In this document: piece by piece, positions 43,588 to 53,477 of the stretch | How the letters are laid out: every line of letters starts with the position of its first letter | Numbering within the stretch: the stretch's first letter is position 1 | Origin: a virus | Lineage: Duplodnaviria; Heunggongvirae; Uroviricota; Caudoviricetes | Reading direction: 5' to 3' (one strand) | IMG/VR virus record: IMGVR_UViG_3300031344_000001 | Length of the DNA: 64,000 bases | The notes under the pieces: generated by a model | Told to the model about the DNA's origin: nothing | The model's input: the letters and a program-made list of their open reading frames with translations, nothing else | Database searches by the model: none | Made by a program: the position numbers and the translations under genes

Positions 43588-43764
43588 TGGCACGCCAAGC
43601 GTTCGGGATGTACCCGGACTTGCAAAGACGAGACGTAAGTCTTTGGATCATGATCGAGGATCGCCATAGCTATGGGCCCCGCTCCGCCGCCCCGGGCCGC
43701 CCGCGGGAGATCCCCCTGATCACAAGACCTTGCGAAGCCAAGATCTCGTCTGTACGGTGTGAAC

Positions 43765-43830
43765 AACACTCCCCCCGAGCCTCTCTCCGCAACGTGCGGA
43801 TGACGCTTTCTACGGGGGGTTTTTCGTTTT
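43765..43830 (+). ncRNA. Candidate structured RNA or attenuator upstream of the Abi gene
   Basis: CCCCCCG (43771) pairs with CGGGGGG (43813), enclosing hairpin TCCGCA-ACG-TGCGGA; followed by a T-run. Confidence 0.5.
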
Positions 43831-43839
43831 CGGGGATGG

Positions 43840-44826
43840 GTGAACGTGACGAAGAAGCCGTATCTCAAGCCGCTCCTGACGTTCGAGCAGCAAGCTCAGT
43901 TACTTGTATCGCGTGGCATGGGTGGCGACATCGCGACGATCGCGAAGAAGCTCCAGATCGCGAACTACTATCGCCTGTCCGGGTACTTCTACTTTTTCCG
44001 GCAGCACCAAGGCGCAAGCAGTCATCTCGGCGAGCAATTCCAGGCCGGCACGCACTTCGATCGGATCTGGGATCTGTACACATTTGACAGTTGCCTGCGC
44101 TGTCTGATCTTTGAAGCCATCGAACGGATCGAAATCGCGGTCCGGACGCAGGTTTCATTCTGTCATGCAGATAAATTCGGCGCGTTCGCATACGCGATCG
44201 ATCCGAAGTCGCTCCCCGATATCGGCATGCGCGAACGTGACGACGGAACGTTCGTGAGCCGTCGAATCGAATTCCTTCAAGACCTCGACAAGAATCTTGG
44301 CCGTAGCAACGCGCCGTTCATCGAGCATTTCTATGAAAAGTACAGCGACCCATATCCGCCGATTTGGATTGGATCAGAAGTCTTGACGCTCGGCGGAGTT
44401 TTGTATGTTTTCGACGGGTCCCCCGTCGACGTTCGCACCAAAATATCTGCGCACTTCGGACTTCCGCACCCCGTGTTTGGCTCGTGGCTGCTTACGCTCA
44501 ACACGGCGCGAAATGTGTGTGCTCACCATGGCCGGTTCTGGAATAGAGCGATCGGCAGCCCCCCAATGATCCCGCCCGAAAAGCGGTACGCTTACTGGCA
44601 CAAGCCCGTCGAGATCTTCCCGCCGTTCGTGAAGGGAACCGGAATTCGTCCGACCACGTTCGTCATCTTGAGCATGTGCAACCACCTCCTAACGGAGATC
44701 GCACCTGGTTGCGGTTGGGCGAAGAAAGTCAAAGCGCTCCTGGACCTCTATCCCAACGTGCCGCGCCGTTCGATGGGGATTCCTGAGAACTGGACGCTTT
44801 CTCCGGTCTGGAACGACATCGACTAG
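43840..44826 (+). CDS. Abi-family (AbiD/AbiF-like) HEPN protein
   Basis: KP.LTFEQQ..L..RG, NYYRLSGY, LY.FD..LR, IERIEIAVR, PPIW and RNVCAHH. Confidence 0.9.
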   Translation: MNVTKKPYLKPLLTFEQQAQLLVSRGMGGDIATIAKKLQIANYYRLSGYFYFFRQHQGASSHLGEQFQAGTHFDRIWDLYTFDSCLRCLIFEAIERIEIAVRTQVSFCHADKFGAFAYAIDPKSLPDIGMRERDDGTFVSRRIEFLQDLDKNLGRSNAPFIEHFYEKYSDPYPPIWIGSEVLTLGGVLYVFDGSPVDVRTKISAHFGLPHPVFGSWLLTLNTARNVCAHHGRFWNRAIGSPPMIPPEKRYAYWHKPVEIFPPFVKGTGIRPTTFVILSMCNHLLTEIAPGCGWAKKVKALLDLYPNVPRRSMGIPENWTLSPVWNDID

Positions 44827-45370
44827 TCAGGCCCGTGCATGCGGCGTTCTCGTCGATCGCGTGCGATTGCCAGCCCAGACGGTCAACCGAGATCACCCGA
44901 GATCGTCGCGTGTGGTGTCTTAGACACCGCGTACATCCCGTCGGAGTAGCGCGGCCTTGCGACCGAGAGCAACGATGGTCACGGTGTCCGCGCTCGGGCG
45001 GTAGCGTCGTGCCGACGTTGCGTGACAACCGCTCGAGCAGCAGCGGCACCAGCTCGCCGACCGCGTCATCCACCATCTGTTCGTCGAGCCGTCGATCCGG
45101 CGTGTCCAAGATCGCCCGGAAACTGATCACCCGGCTCCACGGCACGCCACGATGACGCGCACGGAAGGCCCTGCTCATCCCTCTCGCGGCGACCCCCACC
45201 ACGCCGAGGTTGTAGAGCATCGCGTCGCGCGCGACGGCGCGATCGCGCGCGGTGCGCCCGCGCGTGCCAGCCATCTCCCACGCGAACAGCGCGCACCGCA
45301 CGACGTCGCGAAGCAGCTGCGCGTTGGTTCGTCGCGCCGTCAACATCTCGGGTCTCGGGCCGATCAGCAT
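44729..45370 (-). pseudogene. Degenerate HepT/DUF86-like ribonuclease
   Basis: RDAMLYNLGVVGVAARGMS..HRGVPWSRVISFR; the expected RN-x3-H is replaced by RAILD; frame reads far past the usual end. Confidence 0.55.
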
Positions 45371-45525
45371 GGCTACTCAGGTCGAAGCTGGCAACGCAGA
45401 TCGCTCCAGCATTGGCCAAGGCCAGGTCACGCAGCGCGCCGCGGGCCCCGCGCGCGTCAACGCCTCGTCACCGACGAATCGTCACAATGCGGTACCCTCC
45501 TCTTGTGCCGGCATCGAGGAGCCAC

Positions 45526-45948
45526 GTGAAGGTTGATCCGGAACTCCCTCGTCAGGTGTTCGGGTATTGGTTCGGGCCCGGAGAGCCGGTTTCCAAACGC
45601 CCGGTCGGCCCGCCGACCGGTGCCGTCCTCCCCAGAATCAACTCGTCGTTCTCGGAGGACGTCGAGCTCGACTGCCTCGACCTTGTTCCCGTCCAGAACT
45701 ACTGGCTGGTGTTGTCGGATCTCGGCCGCTACACCTACCGCCACACCAGCGGGATGCTTCACCGCGAGCGGTGGCTGTTCGTTCCTGTTCCTGATGCCCT
45801 TGAAGGTAGATGGCCGGTTCGTTTCCATGCTTCCTACGCACCCTCGCTGGCATTGGAACGACTCAAGGAATGGGGCCCCGAGGCACCTCTTCGAGCGCGG
45901 AAAGACGCGCCCGCGGTGCAGCTACGCCTACGGCAAGTTAGTCGATGA
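45526..45948 (+). CDS. Hypothetical protein
   Basis: GAGGA RBS before GTG. Confidence 0.55.
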   Translation: MKVDPELPRQVFGYWFGPGEPVSKRPVGPPTGAVLPRINSSFSEDVELDCLDLVPVQNYWLVLSDLGRYTYRHTSGMLHRERWLFVPVPDALEGRWPVRFHASYAPSLALERLKEWGPEAPLRARKDAPAVQLRLRQVSR

Positions 45949-46571
45949 CCGCGCCATCTCGGACGATGGCAGCGTGGCCGCCGGCACTTCAAGGGACATG
46001 GCTTGGCTCGGAATGGAACTGCAAGGCGATCGACGAGAAGGTCAAGACACACCTGGCGGCGCACTGGCACCAGAAGGCGCCGTCGTTCGTTCCGCCCTTC
46101 ACCATCAAGAAGGCCGCGCGCTGGCTAGGCGCCCTCGGCCCGAACCCGGACGACTCGATACTGTGCACGCTCGTGTTGGCCGTCTTGGGCGAGCTGCTCC
46201 TGTGTGCTGAACCGGGAGGAATTCTTCGGGAGACCAATCTTCTTCAGCGTTTCGGCGAGTCTGAACAATGGGTCGCGGTGGAAGGGCTTCGGCTGGTCAG
46301 GAACGCGGTCTGTCATCCGGCGGAAGTTGGGACGACGAAAGTGGCCGACGGGGACGGGGAAGACACCGGGGGCAACCAGTCGGGCGTGACTGCGCTTGCG
46401 AGCTTCCTCGGATCGCACCACCGCGACGAAAGCTGGGCCCAAGAACTTCGGACGGACCCCAACCAGCTGGCTTCACGGGAGGCGGCGCTGTTCACGCTCC
46501 GCCAGGTGGATTCCATCGGGAGGATGCTCGCGAGTCGCTGGGGGATTCAGCTCAGAAAGCCCAAGAAGTGA
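45945..46571 (+). CDS. Hypothetical protein with HEPN-like R-x4-H motif
   Basis: LRLVRNAVCHP; ATGA overlap. Confidence 0.55.
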   Translation: MTAPSRTMAAWPPALQGTWLGSEWNCKAIDEKVKTHLAAHWHQKAPSFVPPFTIKKAARWLGALGPNPDDSILCTLVLAVLGELLLCAEPGGILRETNLLQRFGESEQWVAVEGLRLVRNAVCHPAEVGTTKVADGDGEDTGGNQSGVTALASFLGSHHRDESWAQELRTDPNQLASREAALFTLRQVDSIGRMLASRWGIQLRKPKK

Positions 46572-46687
46572 CAGCAACGCCGGTCGGCGCCGAGCTTGTC
46601 GACCGCGCGAGCGCAGGGCCGCGTCCGCCGGTAGCCGATCCGTGGCGAGAATTTGCGCGAGATCCGACCCGTCCTTAGCCTGCGCAG

Positions 46688-46912
46688 ATGCAGATGCAGG
46701 ACTCAAAGCCCGGACGGCGCGCGTACCCAGACGGTGCACAGGTCGAGGTTTGGCGCGAGCGCGCCCAAGAGTGGGTGAGCGGCGAGGTCTTCGACTACGC
46801 GGTCGACGAGCAAGGTATCTGGCGATACCTCGTTCAGCTCTCGGGGTACGCAGCGATGTCGGCCGCTGACCCGAAGAGTTGGTTCCAGGTATCAGAGCTA
46901 CGAGCGACGTAA
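46688..46912 (+). CDS. Small beta-barrel hypothetical protein
   Basis: YPDGAQVEV..WVSGEV..YLVQ. Confidence 0.55.
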   Translation: MQMQDSKPGRRAYPDGAQVEVWRERAQEWVSGEVFDYAVDEQGIWRYLVQLSGYAAMSAADPKSWFQVSELRAT

Positions 46913-46942
46913 CGCGATCACGCAGCGCGATCACGCAGCGCG
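46913..46942. repeat. 13-bp tandem duplication
   Basis: CGCGATCACGCAG x2 directly after the stop. Confidence 0.85.
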
Positions 46943-46979
46943 GTCGCGTCGGCGCGCGTGTGTCTCGGCGATCACGCGA

Positions 46980-47936
46980 GTGCGCTGTGGCGACGAGATG
47001 CTAGGTTGGTCTGCCGTGCCTCGACGCGCTTCTGAACGAACGCTGAGCCCAGACGAGGTCACGGCTGCTTGGACGTCCCCCGCGATGGCGGCCTTCCGCG
47101 AGGCGAGCAGGGACTGGCTACTCGCGCGCACCGTCGCGATCTACGGCGCCCTCGACGAGGAGTCGCCCGAAGGAGAGGAAGATCCAATCCCCGAGCTGCT
47201 GGGTAGCGGCGTGCTGCTCCGCATCGCGGGTGTCGGGTTCCTATTGTCAGCCGCTCACGTGATGAGCGTCGCCGCCGAGCCCGGCGTGACGCTCTACGTG
47301 TCCCCGGTCGAGAGCGGTGCCCAGGTCATCCCGCTCCACGGTGTGGAGGTGCAGCACACGGTCGACCAAACGAACGTTGACCTCGCGTTCGTTCGTCTTC
47401 CACGCGAGATCGACGAGGCGCTGCGACCCCACCGAGAGTTCCTTCGCTTGTCGGACCTCGACCGAGAGACCGGGCCGCTGCGCGACGGCTGGTTCGCCGT
47501 GGGGGGCTTCCCGGGAGCGCTCACGCGGCAGGGCGTCGCACCGATCCAGTCGGACGTCCTCTACTACGGGACTACGCCGTACCGCGGAGAGCTCACCGAG
47601 AAGGCCGAGGGCCTCACGATCGCGCTCAGCCTCCCGCCAGACGACCCGATGGGCTTCGACGGCAAGCCGACGGTCCTGCCCGACCTATCCGGGATCAGCG
47701 GCTGCGGGATGTGGCAGCTGCTCGAGAGGAACGGTCTGCGCTGCTGGCGGCTCGAGAACATTCGGCTCGTCGGAATCACGCTCGCCGAGGTGAAGGCCGG
47801 AGGCACCCGGATCGCGATCCAGGGCTGCCGCGTCGAGCACGTCGTTGCCTGCATCTGGAGGGCGTACCCCGACCTCCGACCGAGCATCGCCGTCTCGATT
47901 CCGTGGAAGCCGAGGCTCGTTCTGCCAGCGCGGTAG
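46980..47936 (+). CDS. Trypsin-like serine protease
   Basis: GSGVLL, SAAHV (His), VDLA (Asp) and GISGCG (Ser); start uncertain. Confidence 0.72.
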   Translation: MRCGDEMLGWSAVPRRASERTLSPDEVTAAWTSPAMAAFREASRDWLLARTVAIYGALDEESPEGEEDPIPELLGSGVLLRIAGVGFLLSAAHVMSVAAEPGVTLYVSPVESGAQVIPLHGVEVQHTVDQTNVDLAFVRLPREIDEALRPHREFLRLSDLDRETGPLRDGWFAVGGFPGALTRQGVAPIQSDVLYYGTTPYRGELTEKAEGLTIALSLPPDDPMGFDGKPTVLPDLSGISGCGMWQLLERNGLRCWRLENIRLVGITLAEVKAGGTRIAIQGCRVEHVVACIWRAYPDLRPSIAVSIPWKPRLVLPAR

Positions 47937-47980
47937 CGTGCGCGATCATCGGCCCGGCGGAGCGCCTCTAATTCGCGACG

Positions 47981-48673
47981 GTGGAGAAGCCCAAGCCTTG
48001 GGATGCCTCGCAATCGAGATCACTGCCCACGAACGGCTGCCTTTATATCGATCAGCGGGCAACGCCGCACGCACGGCCGGCTCAAGAAGCACCAGCGCGT
48101 GTGTCTCCAGTGCGGAGCGCTGGTGGTGGTCCGCGCGCGCCCGCGGCGGCCTGGACGCCCATCGAGGGCATGAGCGATGATGGAGGCCCCGTGCAGCTGA
48201 CCCCGAAGTCCACGATCACGCGACGCCAGCGCGAGGTGCTCGACCACCTGAGCGAGCACACCGCGTTCTCGCGCGAGAAGGCCAGCATGGTGTACGGCAG
48301 CGACAGCAGCGTTGCCGAGAATCTCGCCGCGCGCGGGGTGATCAACAAGCGCTACGATGCCGCCCGCGGCGAGGTCTACTGGGTCCGCGCCGAAGGCGAG
48401 GCAGCGACGGGGGCGAGCATCCCGACCGGCTTCTTCGTGATCCTCAACCGTGACGTCAAGACGCCGACGGGGAAGTCGGAAAACTTCTTCCTCGCCCGCG
48501 CGCCGTACGACGGTAAGGGGACCACGTTTCGGCGGCTGCTGCGCAGCTGGATGCGCGCGCTGGGTCTGCGGTCGAAGGACCTGCTCGGTGGGACGTGGGG
48601 CTTCGAGGTTCACGAACCGGACGGCCCAATGTTCGCCGGAGACCACGTGATCCTCGACGAGCTGGCGCCTTGA
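47981..48673 (+). CDS. Hypothetical protein (possible winged helix)
   Basis: ITRRQREVLDHL..LAARGVI; start uncertain. Confidence 0.5.
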   Translation: MEKPKPWDASQSRSLPTNGCLYIDQRATPHARPAQEAPARVSPVRSAGGGPRAPAAAWTPIEGMSDDGGPVQLTPKSTITRRQREVLDHLSEHTAFSREKASMVYGSDSSVAENLAARGVINKRYDAARGEVYWVRAEGEAATGASIPTGFFVILNRDVKTPTGKSENFFLARAPYDGKGTTFRRLLRSWMRALGLRSKDLLGGTWGFEVHEPDGPMFAGDHVILDELAP

Positions 48674-48758
48674 CGTCCTCGCCGCGTTCGTCGAGCGACT
48701 CTACGGTCTCCACGCGGCGTCGAAGACGAGGCAAGCGCTCAGCGCCCTCTTCTGGTGG

Positions 48759-48986
48759 GTGGACGAGGACCTCAAGAAGACAGGTGGGGAGGCTTGCGAT
48801 CTGCTCCTCGTGTCGGTCGACGTCGACCGGCTCGACGAGGACCTACTCGTCGGGCTGCTGACCTCCACGTACGCGGGGCGTCGACTCATTCCAGCCCGCG
48901 CCGCGTTCTCGAAGCGCGCGCTCGCGAGACTTGAGCGCGACATCGGCGCCGACGCAGCTCGCAAGCTCATCGCCGAAATCACCTGA
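48759..48986 (+). CDS. Hypothetical protein (5' end possibly damaged)
   Basis: Coding-like frame extends to about 48670 without a start codon. Confidence 0.4.
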   Translation: MDEDLKKTGGEACDLLLVSVDVDRLDEDLLVGLLTSTYAGRRLIPARAAFSKRALARLERDIGADAARKLIAEIT

Positions 48987-49415
48987 AGTGCGGCGTCGGC
49001 TCACGAGGGCGCGAGGATCAACCTCTTGAGAAGAGCCTCGAACTTGGCCTCCGCAACCGCGGCAATTTCTTGCGGGCCTGGGTCGCCGCGTGGCGCTCCA
49101 TCAGCGCGTTTACGATCGAAAGCGCATCTGTTGGTGGATCCCAATCAGGTGGTAGCGACAGCAGCACAACAGACTCGCGAAAGGTCACGCTGGTAACGTA
49201 CACCACGGAGACGCGGTTGCCGGTTGCCGACATCAAAAGAGGTAAGAGGAGCACGCTGAAATTTTCGGACTGCTTCGCGCGCATGCCCGATCAGGAGCGC
49301 CAGGGAGCGGTCGCGGAACGTCGGTGTCACGTGCCCGACAGCCCTGTGGACGTGGGGTCAACGAACGGGAAAGCCTAGCCCTCGCCCTGGCGCTCCGCTC
49401 TCTGTGGCAGAATGA

Positions 49416-49844
49416 TTGCGGCAGTGGAGCAGCTACGTGTCTCGTAGGAAGCACGACCCTGGGGCCCTGGTCACGGTACCCTTCGACGATCTCGTGCTGT
49501 CCCACAGCGAGATCGGCGTGCATCGTGGTCGCAAGTACGGCTTCCGCGATGTGTTCGGGTTCCGGACGCTGCACGGCCTCCCGTTCACCAAACTCGCGAA
49601 GAAGGTCAAGTCCGCCTACGAGGGACGGCACGTCCCTGACCACAAGGGCTGGCCGGCGCAGCGCGCGGCGCTCCAGTGGCTCGTCGACAAGGGACATGAC
49701 GCGATGTACGCGTTCAAGGACGCGATTCGCGTGGCGCCCGGGTTCGATCAGACGTACTACCTCGTCGAGGGCAACCACCGGTCGCTCGCCCTCTACATCT
49801 TGGGAGCCAACGGCGTCCGCGCCATCGTCGAGAAGGACGACTGA
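49416..49844 (+). CDS. ParB/Srx-like domain protein
   Basis: YYLVEGNHRSLAL; start uncertain. Confidence 0.55.
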   Translation: MRQWSSYVSRRKHDPGALVTVPFDDLVLSHSEIGVHRGRKYGFRDVFGFRTLHGLPFTKLAKKVKSAYEGRHVPDHKGWPAQRAALQWLVDKGHDAMYAFKDAIRVAPGFDQTYYLVEGNHRSLALYILGANGVRAIVEKDD

Positions 49845-49895
49845 TGCCCTACGGCGACCTTGGTGATCGCGACAGGTTCTAGAAACAACGGGACA

Positions 49896-49933
49896 GGTAA
49901 CAAAACAGGCGTAGCGCATCCCGTTTTGTTACC
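49896..49933. other. 11-bp AT-rich inverted repeat
   Basis: GGTAACAAAAC-N16-GTTTTGTTACC. Confidence 0.6.
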
Positions 49934-49941
49934 CTCAGCCC

Positions 49942-50427
49942 ATGAGCTACAGCAGCGGCGTGCGTTTCAGCAGGGCCAAACCGACGGGAAGCTTTCGCGT
50001 TTTCCAACCAGGCTCGCGCGGCGTGGCCTCTCACGACGAAACACTCAAGGACGCCCGTGCCTCCGCCTCGTACTGGACCAGCGCGGTGGGCAGTCCGATG
50101 GAGATCCAGGAGCGCTTCCCCTCCGGAGAATGGGTCACGGTCCAAGTCGTGAAGCCGAAGAGGGCCGCAACTCCGAAGACCTCTTCGGGGCGCAGGTCGC
50201 ACTCGACGAAGAAATCGGCCCTCGCCCCGAAGACAGGAATGCCGGTGCGGGATGAGGTGACAGAATTAGAATACCACCGCCCGCCCACCGCCGGTGAAAT
50301 CCGTTTTGGGCATGGAGCAACGCATTACCGGACGTTCCCTGTCGAGGAATGCTGTTTTGCTGGAACCCGCGTTCCCAAAAAATGGTTCGTAGCCAGTGAC
50401 GACGGCTTGCGTTACTCACGCGGCTGA
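49942..50427 (+). CDS. Phage-type hypothetical protein
   Basis: C-terminal EYHRPPT.GEIRFGHGATHYR..KKWF..DDGLRY; true start probably internal. Confidence 0.55.
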   Translation: MSYSSGVRFSRAKPTGSFRVFQPGSRGVASHDETLKDARASASYWTSAVGSPMEIQERFPSGEWVTVQVVKPKRAATPKTSSGRRSHSTKKSALAPKTGMPVRDEVTELEYHRPPTAGEIRFGHGATHYRTFPVEECCFAGTRVPKKWFVASDDGLRYSRG

Positions 50428-50501
50428 GGCGCTACCCCGCAAGCAAATGCGACACCTCTGAACCGACACGACGGACGACGGGTCGTCGAGGAGAACGACT
50501 G

Positions 50502-51089
50502 ATGCCGCCCACCGAGATCATTCCGGGACTGTTCCTGGGCACACGCGAAGATGCCGAGGCGCTCGGTGTCCGGGTCCCGGACGACTGGGCATGTGTGTCG
50601 GTGACCGAGTACCGCTCGAGGTACGGCCGCAAGGAGGAGTTGCCGAGCGAGCCTGACGGATCGCTCGACCTTCCGTTCATGACCGATCGCCCCGGCGGAT
50701 GGCACGCCGATCGGCACAAGCTCGACCTGATCGCGGAGACGATCTGGTGGCGCATGCTCCACGGCAAGAAGGTGCTCGTCCACTGCATCCACGCCCAGGA
50801 GCGCTCGCCCCTCGCCGTTGCGTGGTATCTCGCGTGGTCCGGCGGCGCCGCGTCGCTGGCGAACGCCTACGAGATCGTCGAGCGCCTTCACCCGCGGACC
50901 CAGCGTCGCGACAAGTGGCTGCGCGACGCGGTGCCGACGAGGCACTGGCGCGAGCGCGAGTTCACGGACCTCCTGCACGCTACCCGCGCGCTCGCGTCCG
51001 CGGATCCTGCGCAGCGCCCTGCGGCGCTCGACGCACTCAAGACGAGCGCGAACGCTTGGGCCAGGACGCCGCCGTCGCACGATCCTTGA
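50502..51089 (+). CDS. Dual-specificity protein phosphatase
   Basis: EIIPGLFLG; VLVHCIHAQERS (HC-x5-RS); GAGGAG RBS. Confidence 0.85.
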   Translation: MPPTEIIPGLFLGTREDAEALGVRVPDDWACVSVTEYRSRYGRKEELPSEPDGSLDLPFMTDRPGGWHADRHKLDLIAETIWWRMLHGKKVLVHCIHAQERSPLAVAWYLAWSGGAASLANAYEIVERLHPRTQRRDKWLRDAVPTRHWREREFTDLLHATRALASADPAQRPAALDALKTSANAWARTPPSHDP

Positions 51090-51252
51090 GCTGCTCGCGA
51101 CTCCCCGAAAAATGCTACGGCCCCCTCGCGGGGGCCGCGCGCCGCGCCACCGAGGCGACGCGGGGGGTGACGACAGCCTACGCTCACCGAGGACTCCCGC
51201 GCAAGCGCCCCTGATTTCTGGCCCGGTGCTGGGAGGCGTGCGACAAACGGGC

Positions 51253-51860
<608 letters not shown>

Positions 51861-51864
<4 letters not shown>

Positions 51865-52094
51865 ACCGCGCCGCGCCCGCGGCGCGCGCGCCAGGGAGCT
51901 GCTCCTTGTCCGGGAGTCTCGTGCTCAGCACAGGCAAGTGCGTGCTCGTGCGCGTCGAGCTGGCGTACCCCGCGCTCACGCGCGATGAAGAGCGCGAGGT
52001 CGAGCAAGTGCGGATCGCACTGCACGACCTCACGCCCCACGCCCTCCACGTCACGAAGGACCACGCCAGCGTCGCCCCAGAGCGTGTAGACTGA
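51861..52094 (+). CDS. Hypothetical protein
   Basis: GTGA overlap. Confidence 0.5.
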
Positions 52095-52100
52095 GAGCCG

Positions 52101-52427
52101 ATGCCGAAGTCATCCGCAGAGCTCGACAGGGACATCGCCGAAGTGCTCGCGTCCAGGCGACGTCACGCCACGATCCGTGTGACACCCTCCGAGCAGGCCG
52201 CCGCACTCGCCGTCACCCGTAAGCCGGTCTGCCACGGCATCGATACGGACGGCCTCACGACGGTCCCACTCACCGAGGCCAAACGGCGTTCGAGCGCCGA
52301 GTTCGAGCGCTGCTACCTATCGAGCGTGATGGAGCGCGCGGGGGGCTCCGTCTCGGAAGGCGCACGCGTGGCGGGCCTTGACCGCACCAACTTCCGGCGC
52401 TTGCTGCACCGCTACGGGATCCGCTAG
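52101..52427 (+). CDS. Stand-alone Fis-type HTH protein with KSSAELDRDI leader
   Basis: AEFERCYL..VMERAGGSVSEGARVAGLDRTNFRRLL; paralog of 6123-6407. Confidence 0.85.
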   Translation: MPKSSAELDRDIAEVLASRRRHATIRVTPSEQAAALAVTRKPVCHGIDTDGLTTVPLTEAKRRSSAEFERCYLSSVMERAGGSVSEGARVAGLDRTNFRRLLHRYGIR

Positions 52428-52468
52428 AGAACCGGCAACCACGACACCAGCAACCATCACGAGGGCCT

Positions 52469-52804
52469 ATGAGCCTGTTTAAGAAGCTCTTCAAGCGTCG
52501 CCCTCAGACGGCGCCTGCGAACGGTCCGCCAGGATCGATCATCCGATCCATGGGCGACATGCCTCTCCGCGGTCCGGCGAGCACGCTCTTCTGGGAGCGC
52601 TACCAGGACCGCGTGCAGCAGGCCCTCGAACGTGGTGACCGCATGCACGCCTACGATCTCGACCTGGCCAAGGAAGCGGTGCGCGACTACCTCGAGGCCG
52701 GTGGCAAGCTCAGCGCTGCGCGCGTGAAGGGTCGCAACAGCTGGCTGGATCCAGACGACTGGAACCGTTGGATGCAGATCCAGCAACAGATCCAGCGGCA
52801 CTAG
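52469..52804 (+). CDS. Hypothetical protein
   Basis: GAGG upstream; clean ORF. Confidence 0.65.
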   Translation: MSLFKKLFKRRPQTAPANGPPGSIIRSMGDMPLRGPASTLFWERYQDRVQQALERGDRMHAYDLDLAKEAVRDYLEAGGKLSAARVKGRNSWLDPDDWNRWMQIQQQIQRH

Positions 52805-53165
52805 CGGCGCACGGCACACCGCCCACCCACCAAACCCCGCGCGCGACCCTCGCCCACGGGTTCGTCTCGTGCCGCCACGCCCCACGGCCCGGCATCTGAC
52901 GGCGCCACCGCCGCACCTCACCGTCGATCTGCCGTGCGAACGCGCGGGCGCGCGACAGCGAGCTGAACCGTCGACCACGCTGCTCGACGTGGGCATCGAC
53001 GTAATCGCGCACCTGCGGCGAAGCCTCCTTGAGCAGTCGCCCCGGTCCAGGCTCGAGCACCACCCAGCGCCCGCGCCGATCATGCGACCACCACGCCCTC
53101 TCGCGATCGGCGTAGGCGGCGAGGCCCCTCTCGAACCTCTTGAACATCGGGGTGCCGTCGTTCAC
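52710..53165 (-). CDS. Hypothetical protein
   Basis: TAGTG coupling to upstream minus gene; overlaps the convergent ORF. Confidence 0.4.
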   Translation of the reverse strand: MNDGTPMFKRFERGLAAYADRERAWWSHDRRGRWVVLEPGPGRLLKEASPQVRDYVDAHVEQRGRRFSSLSRARAFARQIDGEVRRWRRQMPGRGAWRHETNPWARVARGVWWVGGVPCAASAAGSVAGSASNGSSRLDPASCCDPSRAQR

Positions 53166-53434
53166 TAGGTCATCTCCTGGTTGAGCAGCGCGTCGAGCGC
53201 GGGGTGTGCGGCGCGCAACGCCGGCAAGCGCTCGTCGTCTTCCCAGCCTTGGACGAGCGTGCCCACCTCGTCGGGCGCCGGATCGCGAAAGCCTGCGCCG
53301 CGGTCGGCGTCGAGCGCGGAGGCGATGGCGTCGAGCGGGATCATCGCGCCGTTGTCGCAGAACGCGCACGTACCGATCTCGCGGACGATGCGCGGGAACT
53401 TCCTACGAAGTACGGACGCGCTGACCACGGACAT
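53165..53434 (-). CDS. Hypothetical protein
   Basis: CAFC motif; clean ORF. Confidence 0.55.
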   Translation of the reverse strand: MSVVSASVLRRKFPRIVREIGTCAFCDNGAMIPLDAIASALDADRGAGFRDPAPDEVGTLVQGWEDDERLPALRAAHPALDALLNQEMT

Positions 53435-53477
53435 GCGCCCAAAGTAGCAGAAGGCGCGCCAGCGTCGAGCCCGACGC

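Noticed and set aside
43227-43868. 213-aa minus-strand ORF as a real gene
   Set aside because: It spans an AT-rich regulatory or RNA region with non-coding-like composition; only the last 50 codons look protein-derived
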